The notes below the pieces were generated by a model, which was given only the letters and a program-made list of their open reading frames with translations, had not been told where the DNA came from and ran no database searches. A stretch of 64,000 bases of DNA, taken from positions 896,001 through 960,000 of the forward strand of contig CAXXVZ010000003.1 of the NCBI GenBank assembly GCA_963678065.2, in the 5' to 3' direction. The translations under genes and the position numbers were made by a program. Of this stretch, positions 57,274 to 64,000 are shown in pieces; within the stretch, counting starts at the first letter, position 1, and the number at the start of each line of letters is the position of its first letter. The DNA is from Treponemataceae bacterium (GTDB lineage Bacteria > Spirochaetota > Spirochaetia > Treponematales > Rectinemataceae).

Positions 57274-58416
57274 ATGAGTGATCTTCCCGCTTTCGGTGTG
57301 CCGGATCTTTTCGGCGATGACGCCGATTTTCAGAACCAGGAACACGCGGAAATCGCCGAGCTCTCCAAGAAAGGCTACCAGTTTCTCAAGGAAAACCGCC
57401 TGGAGGAAGCCGAGGAATGTTTTGCCCGGATCCTCGAGCAGGACAGGGAAAACAATTACGCGCTCGTAGGTCTCGGAGATTCCGCCCGCAAACACGGAGC
57501 CTTCCAGGAGGCCGCCAACCACTACAAGAAATGCCTTGTATACCATCCAGCCAACAATTACGCCCTCTTCGGCCTCGCGGACTGCTACAAAGCCATGAAC
57601 CAGTACCAGAAGGCCATCGAAATATGGGAACAGTACCTCATCCACGACAACAAGAACATAACAGTGCTCACCCGCGTCGCCGACGCTTACCGCAAAGTTC
57701 ACGATTTCCGCAAATCCAAAGCCATCTACCTCCGCGTCCTGGAAATGGAGGCCGACAACCCCTATGCCCTCATCGGCCTCGGCCACCTGCACTACGATTT
57801 CAAGGAATTCCGCGAGGCTCTCGCGTTCTGGAAACGCATGGTGGAACTCCAGACGGGGGAAGTCGATATCCGCGTCCTGACCTCCATCGGCAACTGCTAC
57901 CGCAAGCTCAAACAGTTCGACCTCGGCATCCCCTATTTCGAGAAGGCCCTGGGAAAGGAACCCAACAACTTCTACGCCCTCTTTGGCCTCGCCGACTGCT
58001 ATCGCGGCGTGGGGAAACAGGACAACTCCCTCTCCAACTGGAACAAGATCCTGGAGATCGATCCGAAAAACAAGGTGATCCTCACCCGCGCGGGCGATGC
58101 CTACAGGAATATGGGGGACTACGAACAGGCCGCGCAGTACTACCAGAGAGCCCTCGACATCGAGTTCGACGTCTACGCAGTGCTCGGTCTCTCCGTCATC
58201 GCCCGCATCCAGGGCCGCTACGATGAGGCCGTCGTCTCCCTCAGAAAACTCATCCAGAACGACCCAAAGAACTACCGCCTCTACCTCGAACTCGCCCAGA
58301 GCCACTACGCGGCGGGCGACAAGACCGCGGCCATCCAGGACCTGACAGAATTCCAGAAACTCGGCATCCGCAACGCATATATCCAGGACGCTCTCACAAA
58401 ACTCCAGAGGTCCTGA
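57274..58416 (+). CDS. Cytoplasmic multi-TPR protein
   Basis: Repeated 34-aa TPR units (NNYALFGLADCY, VLTRVADAY); GAGG SD before ATG 57274. Confidence 0.9.
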   Translation: MSDLPAFGVPDLFGDDADFQNQEHAEIAELSKKGYQFLKENRLEEAEECFARILEQDRENNYALVGLGDSARKHGAFQEAANHYKKCLVYHPANNYALFGLADCYKAMNQYQKAIEIWEQYLIHDNKNITVLTRVADAYRKVHDFRKSKAIYLRVLEMEADNPYALIGLGHLHYDFKEFREALAFWKRMVELQTGEVDIRVLTSIGNCYRKLKQFDLGIPYFEKALGKEPNNFYALFGLADCYRGVGKQDNSLSNWNKILEIDPKNKVILTRAGDAYRNMGDYEQAAQYYQRALDIEFDVYAVLGLSVIARIQGRYDEAVVSLRKLIQNDPKNYRLYLELAQSHYAAGDKTAAIQDLTEFQKLGIRNAYIQDALTKLQRS

Positions 58417-58418
58417 GC

Positions 58419-59450
58419 GTGGTTCTTTTCCCCACAGGGATGACCGTCGCCCGGCTGGCTGAAACCTTTCCATTTTCGGCCCCCTTCCGGGCGCGACAGG
58501 TTTACGGATGGATCGGGCGGAATGCGACCAGCTTCGCCGAGATGACCGATCTTTCCCAGTCCGAACGGGAACATCTGGCCAGCCTCTTCCCGCTCCTGTA
58601 TTCGAGTGCGGTCGACAAAGAGCTGCCGGATGCCGACGGCTCTCTCAAGCTCCAGATACGTCTCAGGGATGGAGCCGCAGTCGAGTGCGTTCTTCTGGAG
58701 GACATCGAGGGCAGGACCACAGCCTGCCTATCATGCCAGGTCGGCTGCCCCATGGGCTGCACCTTCTGCAAGACGGGAACCCTCGGCTTCCTGCGCAACC
58801 TCGGGATCGACGAAATCATGGAGCAGTTCCGTTTCCTTCATGCGCGCCGGGGCAGCATCTCCAACGTCGTCTTCATGGGAATGGGCGAGCCGATGCTCAA
58901 CCTCGAGGCAGTGAGAGGAGCGATAGTTCTCCTCACCGACCCGGAAGGGATCGGCATGTCCCGGAGGAAGATAACCATATCGACCTGCGGTGTAGTTCCC
59001 GGCATCCTCGATCTCGCGCGCAATGGCCCTGCGGTCCGGCTCGCGGTCTCCCTCACCTCGGCGGAGGAATCGACGCGCTCCGCCCTCATGCCGGTCAACA
59101 GGACATGGAATCTCGCCGCTCTGAAAAATGCCCTCATGATCTACCAGAAGAGCTCAGGCGAACGCATCACCCTGGAGGTGGCCCTCATGGGGAACGTCAA
59201 CTCCACGCCGGAGGCGGCGCGGGCCCTCGTGCGCTGGATCCGGCCCCTCAACGCGCAGATCAACCTCATTCCCTGGAACAGGGTCCCCGACCTCCCCTAC
59301 ACGGAGCCGGACAGAGAGCAGGTGGAGAACTTCCAGAGGATACTCGAGGACGCCGGCCTCCTCTCGACCCGGAGAATGCGCCGCGGGCGTGGCATCATGG
59401 GAGCATGCGGACAACTCGGGGACACGCTCAAAAAGCCCGATCCCGACTGA
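58419..59450 (+). CDS. rlmN: Dual-specificity RNA methyltransferase RlmN
   Basis: CQVGCPMGCTFC, FMGMGEP, NLIPWN and ACGQL motifs. Confidence 0.95.
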   Translation: MVLFPTGMTVARLAETFPFSAPFRARQVYGWIGRNATSFAEMTDLSQSEREHLASLFPLLYSSAVDKELPDADGSLKLQIRLRDGAAVECVLLEDIEGRTTACLSCQVGCPMGCTFCKTGTLGFLRNLGIDEIMEQFRFLHARRGSISNVVFMGMGEPMLNLEAVRGAIVLLTDPEGIGMSRRKITISTCGVVPGILDLARNGPAVRLAVSLTSAEESTRSALMPVNRTWNLAALKNALMIYQKSSGERITLEVALMGNVNSTPEAARALVRWIRPLNAQINLIPWNRVPDLPYTEPDREQVENFQRILEDAGLLSTRRMRRGRGIMGACGQLGDTLKKPDPD

Positions 59451-60831
59451 GCTTTTCCGACAGCCGCCGGTGACGCGCCACGAGAGTTTCGCCGAGGAGC
59501 CCCTGTACATCCGAGGTCATGGCCCGCTCCGTGTACGCGAGTGCCGCGCGCAGGTCTTTTTGCACATGCTCGGCGAATTTTGCCCTTTCGATGTCGGAGC
59601 GGGCGGTAACAGGTAAAAGTTCGAAGAGGGCCCTCCGCTCTTCCTCCCTGCCGGCCCTCCTGTAGCGCGCGGAAAGCATGAGCCCGGCCCTCTCGTCGCC
59701 CTCGGCGCAGGCCGATTCGAGCAGGGCCTCGCCCTTTACCTCCTCGCCGAGCTCGATCAGGGTGCGGCCGATCCAGGCCATGTCCGCCTCCTGAGAGCCT
59801 GAAACGCGGGAGAGCGACTCCGCCGCCGCGAAAATCCTCGCGGCTCGCGCGACGAGACCCGCCAGCGAGACCACATCGATGGCATTGTGCGCGAACACGG
59901 GCCGAAGCGGCCTGTCGTCGCCCGAGCGGAGGTATTCCAGCCAGAGTCCCGGAATGAGGGCTCCCGGCACATCCTCTTCCCTCTCGATTTCGAGCACCTT
60001 GGCCTCGAGGAGACCGAGCGAGGCGCCGCCGTGTTTCCGGCGCCAGAGTCGCCTTGCGAGATAGAGGGCGTCGAGCTGTCCGAAGCTCCCCATCCTCATC
60101 CCGTTCATGATGCAGCGCGTCCGGAGAAGGGGAATGTCGAAACACCTTCCGTTGTAGGTCACGACTGTGCATCCCGGGGGGAGGTCGGCGAGAACGGCCT
60201 CCAGGAAAGCCGGCTCGCCGGGGTAGTCGGAGAGAAAATACTGGCTCACGCTGCAGCCGTCGACATCGGGCTGAGCGATAGCCGCGAGGAAAGCGACCGT
60301 CCCGGTGCCACCCGAGAGTCCTGTCGTCTCGAAATCGAAGAACCGCAAATCTTCCCGCGCGCGCCTGATGGACAGCGGAGAATATCTGGATTCGGGCCCA
60401 TTCCCGGCTCGGGCGCCCAATACGCCTCCATCCCCCTTTGAGTGATCGGGAGCGAGGATAGGCCCGCGGCCGCGTCGCGGCCCGGCCGGAGAAACCCGGG
60501 CCAGCCTTCGGGCAGATGCGTTCTGGGCGACCTCGAAGGCGGCGATGTCGATCTCTTCGGGAAACCAGAGAGTATGGCGGGTCTCTCGTTTCCAAAGATA
60601 GTCGCCTGACCGGACCCAGCCGGCTGGTCCCGATCCTCCACTCACAAAGGCGCCGGAAGGAATCTCCTGACTGGCGACCGGAGCCCTCTGTCTCGCGGCG
60701 GGAGCTCCGCGATCAGCATCCGGAGCCCCGCTGGTCGCCCTCCCCTCCTCGGACTCGTCCGCCCTAAGTTCCGTCGCCCGGACGAGTCCGAGCCTCCTGA
60801 TACGGTCAAGCCTGGACTTGAGATCCGCCAC
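59428..60831 (-). CDS. RNase H-like (YprB/MrfB-type) DEDD exonuclease with C-terminal TPR-like region
   Basis: FFDFETTGLSGG, VTYNGRCFDIP and HNAIDVVSL motifs. Probable GTG start VADLKSRL. Confidence 0.85.
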   Translation of the reverse strand: MADLKSRLDRIRRLGLVRATELRADESEEGRATSGAPDADRGAPAARQRAPVASQEIPSGAFVSGGSGPAGWVRSGDYLWKRETRHTLWFPEEIDIAAFEVAQNASARRLARVSPAGPRRGRGPILAPDHSKGDGGVLGARAGNGPESRYSPLSIRRAREDLRFFDFETTGLSGGTGTVAFLAAIAQPDVDGCSVSQYFLSDYPGEPAFLEAVLADLPPGCTVVTYNGRCFDIPLLRTRCIMNGMRMGSFGQLDALYLARRLWRRKHGGASLGLLEAKVLEIEREEDVPGALIPGLWLEYLRSGDDRPLRPVFAHNAIDVVSLAGLVARAARIFAAAESLSRVSGSQEADMAWIGRTLIELGEEVKGEALLESACAEGDERAGLMLSARYRRAGREEERRALFELLPVTARSDIERAKFAEHVQKDLRAALAYTERAMTSDVQGLLGETLVARHRRLSEKLSRDRAF

Positions 60832-63229
60832 GGTGCGCTCCGAGCAGGGACAGCAGTTCGCGGCTCCGCCTCTTCGCCGCCTCGCCTCCCCGCGAAGACT
60901 GGCCGGAGGCAAAATCCACCCCTATGCAGGAAGGACAGCCAGAGCCGCAGGGACAGGAGGAAAGCCTCTCCGCCGCGGCCGACAGGACTTGGGGAAGGAG
61001 CTGGGATAGTCCCTCCGCGAGTCCGGTTCCGCCCGGGTAGCGGTCGTAGAAATACAGGGAAGGGTGGCCGAAATGCGGATCGCGTATCCTCTCGGCGAGG
61101 CCGATGTCGTGCCTGTCGCACATGAGGAAGGCCGGGGCGAGCTCGTGGATGAGGCGGCCGGTTCCGGCCAGGACCGCCCCCGCGAATGCCTGATCCATCC
61201 CGGACAGAAGCTCTCCGGCCCCGCATTCTCCGCCAAAGGTGATGACGAGAGCCCTCGTCTGCATCTCCTCGGGGGGCAGGTCGATGTCGCCGTATCCGAT
61301 GTTTTCGTGCGTGTGGAAGCGCAGTTTCTTGAATTTTTCTGCCTGGCTCCGGACGAGGACATCGCCCAGGACGTAGCGCGCCCCGCCGTCCGTCCAACCC
61401 TCTGCGTCTTCGGAAAGTACCTTGATGTCTGTCTTCACGACGGCGTCGGTCCAGTAATCCAGATCCCTGCGCTCAACGCTGCAGATCCGGTTGGCGATGT
61501 CGAGTTTCCGCACAATGTACTGGCGGCCAAGGTGGATGTACACGGCGTTGTCGAATACGAGTTCCTTGGCGCTCGCCCTGTCCATCTCGCCGATGACCTT
61601 CGTCGATCCGCCCGTCGCATCGACGATGACGACATTGTCCGCCGTCGCGGAACGCAGGGATATCTTCTCGCTCGGGTATCCTTCGGCCGACCAGTACCAC
61701 CGCCCGCCCGTCTTCCGGACGATGCCTTCCTCCGCGAGAAAGCCGAGGGCCGCCTCGGTCTCGGCAGCCTTCGCCCCTGCGTCAGTCCCGGCCGCCGCAT
61801 CCTCGGGGCCGGCGGCATCTCTGCCGGAAGAACCCTCTGCGCTTCGTTCCGCCGCGAGGCTCTCTCCCTCGCGGAAGGGGAGCTCGAAGGCGGCGCACTT
61901 CATGTGGTCCATGAAAATGTAGGGATTGTCCGGGTCGACGCGCGCCGACTCCTGACTATGCCCGAAAAAGTACTCAGGATGCGCGATAATGTACTGGTCG
62001 AGCGGCGAGGAAGAGGCGACGAGGACGGCGAGGGAGAGCGTTCCCCGCCGCCCCGCCCTGCCGGACTGCTGCCAGAAGCTGGCCATGCTGCCCGGGAAGC
62101 CCGCCACGACGGCCGCGTCCAGCCCGCCGATGTCGATGCCGAGCTCCAGCGCGTTCGTCGAGACGACTCCTCGTATCTTTCCCTCCCTGAGGCCCTTTTC
62201 GATGGCCCTCCGCTCCGAAGGCAGGAGCCCGGAACGGTAGGGACTCACGGTGATGCCGGAATTGTCCGTATTGATATTGGCGAGCGAGGATGCGATGTAA
62301 CTCGCGATAAGTTCGACCTGCACGCGCGAGCGCGCGAAGAGTATCGTCTTGACGCCGCCGCGCAGGAGGGCGATGGCTATCTTTTCGGACTCCGTGGACG
62401 TGCTCTTCCGGATTCCCTGCACGGCGTCCACGACGGGCGGATTGTAGAACACGATCTTCTTCTCGCCCGCGCTCGCACCGTTCTCCGAAACCACTTCGAC
62501 GGGACGGCCCGCGAGAGACTCGGCGAGGCTTCCGGGATTGCCGATGGTGGCCGAGCAGAAGACGAAGGCCGGATCGGCGCCATAGAAGGCCGCTATCCTG
62601 CGCAGCCGCCTCAGCACATTGGCGACGTGGCTTCCGAAGACGCCGCGGTAGGCGTGCATCTCATCGACCACGATGTATTTCAGACCCGAGAAAAAATTGA
62701 TCCACTTGGCATGATTGGGGAGGACTCCGGAATGCAGCATGTCCGGATTGCTTATGACGATTCGTCCGGTGTCGCGGGCGGCCGTGCGCAGGGAGCCGGG
62801 GGTGTCGCCGTCGTAGGTGTAGACTTTCACGGGCAGACTGCCGCCCAGCGCTATCTCGTTCAGCTCCGACTGCTGATCCTGGGAGAGGGCCTTCGTGGGG
62901 AAGAGATAGAGGGCCCGGGCAGATTCCTCCTCCATGAGGGTCTGGACGACGGGAAGGTTGTAGCAGAGGGTCTTTCCGGACGCGGTGGGCGTAACGACGA
63001 CGAAATCCCTGCCGGTGCGCGCCAGCTCGTAAGCCCGTGCCTGGTGGCTGTAAAGTTTCGTCACGCCCCTCGCGGCCAGCGCATCCCTCACTCGTTCGTC
63101 GAGATCGGCGGGGAGTTCGGCCCAGACGGCCTCCCGTGCCGGCAGCGTATGAACATGCACTATCCTCGCTGCAATCTCGGGATCCGCGCCAAGAACAGGT
63201 AAATTATGAATGACATCTTCAGGAATCAT
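60806..63229 (-). CDS. DEAH-box helicase with DUF1998 Zn domain (YprA/MrfA, Hrq1-like)
   Basis: TPTASGKT, DEMH, SAT, ALELGIDIG, QQSGRAGR, DRYPGGTG and CPCGSGCPSC motifs. Confidence 0.92.
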   Translation of the reverse strand: MIPEDVIHNLPVLGADPEIAARIVHVHTLPAREAVWAELPADLDERVRDALAARGVTKLYSHQARAYELARTGRDFVVVTPTASGKTLCYNLPVVQTLMEEESARALYLFPTKALSQDQQSELNEIALGGSLPVKVYTYDGDTPGSLRTAARDTGRIVISNPDMLHSGVLPNHAKWINFFSGLKYIVVDEMHAYRGVFGSHVANVLRRLRRIAAFYGADPAFVFCSATIGNPGSLAESLAGRPVEVVSENGASAGEKKIVFYNPPVVDAVQGIRKSTSTESEKIAIALLRGGVKTILFARSRVQVELIASYIASSLANINTDNSGITVSPYRSGLLPSERRAIEKGLREGKIRGVVSTNALELGIDIGGLDAAVVAGFPGSMASFWQQSGRAGRRGTLSLAVLVASSSPLDQYIIAHPEYFFGHSQESARVDPDNPYIFMDHMKCAAFELPFREGESLAAERSAEGSSGRDAAGPEDAAAGTDAGAKAAETEAALGFLAEEGIVRKTGGRWYWSAEGYPSEKISLRSATADNVVIVDATGGSTKVIGEMDRASAKELVFDNAVYIHLGRQYIVRKLDIANRICSVERRDLDYWTDAVVKTDIKVLSEDAEGWTDGGARYVLGDVLVRSQAEKFKKLRFHTHENIGYGDIDLPPEEMQTRALVITFGGECGAGELLSGMDQAFAGAVLAGTGRLIHELAPAFLMCDRHDIGLAERIRDPHFGHPSLYFYDRYPGGTGLAEGLSQLLPQVLSAAAERLSSCPCGSGCPSCIGVDFASGQSSRGGEAAKRRSRELLSLLGAHRGGSQVQA

Positions 63230-63293
63230 AGTATATACTGTATACGTCATCGGCGGGGCGGTAAACAGACCCCGGATGAAAAGAGGTCGAACC

Positions 63294-64000
63294 ATGAACA
63301 ATGTCTTGTCAATCGTGCTGGGCGGCGGGAAAGGAACCAGGCTCTATCCATTGACCAAAGAGCGTTCGAAACCTGCGGTTCCCTTCGGCGGGAAATACCG
63401 CATCGTCGACATCCCCATCTCAAATTGCATAAATGCGGGGTTCAGAAGGATCTACATCCTGACCCAGTTCAATTCGGCCTCACTCCACCTGCACATCTCC
63501 AAGACCTACAACTTCGACACTTTCTCGCAAGGCTACGTCGAGATCCTCGCCGCCGAGCAGACCCTCGTCCACTCCGGATGGTACGAGGGCACCGCCGACG
63601 CTGTCCGCAAGAATCTCATCCACTTCCGGCCCCAGAGCCCGAGCCACTACCTTATCGTGTCTGGAGACCAGCTCTACCGCATGGACCTCGCGGACATGTA
63701 CCGGCAGCACGTCGAGTCGGGCTGCGGTCTCACGATAGCCTGCACGATGGTGGACAGGTCCACAGCCAACGATCTCGGCATCGCCCGCATCAACGTGGAC
63801 CACCGGATCGAGGAATTCATGGAGAAGCCGGGTCCGACTAAGGATATCGCCACGTTCCGCATACCGGAGGAGATCCGCCCCGAGGGGGCATCTCCCGAGA
63901 AACAGTATCTCGCCAGCATGGGTATCTATTTCTTCACCGCCGAGCTCATGGAGAGAGCCCTCGCCAACGATTTCAACGATTTCGGCAAAGAGATCATCCC
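63294..64000 (+). CDS. glgC: Glucose-1-phosphate adenylyltransferase, partial (runs off the window end)
   Basis: Not in the ORF track. Manual translation: MNNVLSIVLGGGKGTRLYPLTKERSKPAVPFGGKYRIVDIPISNC...GTADAV...EKP...SMGIY. Confidence 0.96.
   Translation, partial: MNNVLSIVLGGGKGTRLYPLTKERSKPAVPFGGKYRIVDIPISNCINAGFRRIYILTQFNSASLHLHISKTYNFDTFSQGYVEILAAEQTLVHSGWYEGTADAVRKNLIHFRPQSPSHYLIVSGDQLYRMDLADMYRQHVESGCGLTIACTMVDRSTANDLGIARINVDHRIEEFMEKPGPTKDIATFRIPEEIRPEGASPEKQYLASMGIYFFTAELMERALANDFNDFGKEII

Overview
High-GC spirochete chromosome segment (Spirochaetota, probably a Treponematales/Rectinema-like lineage, inferred from gene order and the long GreA). It is mostly core genome with about 51 CDS: rpe, greA, tgt, lptFG, dut, pnp-rpsO-ribF-truB-rbfA-infB-nusA-rimP, comF-mutS-skp-bamA-tamB/tmk, queA-ruvBAC-yebC, mutS2-rsgA-murI, pdxY-hemW-lepB-lepB, smpB-rsmD-rlmN, an MrfA/MrfB-like helicase-exonuclease pair and partial glgC. 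I saw no rRNA, tRNA, CRISPR array, integrase or transposase. The main anomaly is the 2603-aa TamB-like gene. It holds two near-identical ~1.42 kb in-frame direct repeats 3186 bp apart, with extreme G-rich/C-poor coding-strand skew and reversed codon usage, flanking a diverged homologous module of normal composition. Other points of interest are a Gly/Tyr/Gln prion-like 78-bp tandem array in IF2, a recurring set of apparently leaderless promoters, and a possible riboswitch-like leader before a URO-D/thioredoxin fusion. All annotations come from motif recognition by eye; no database searches were run.
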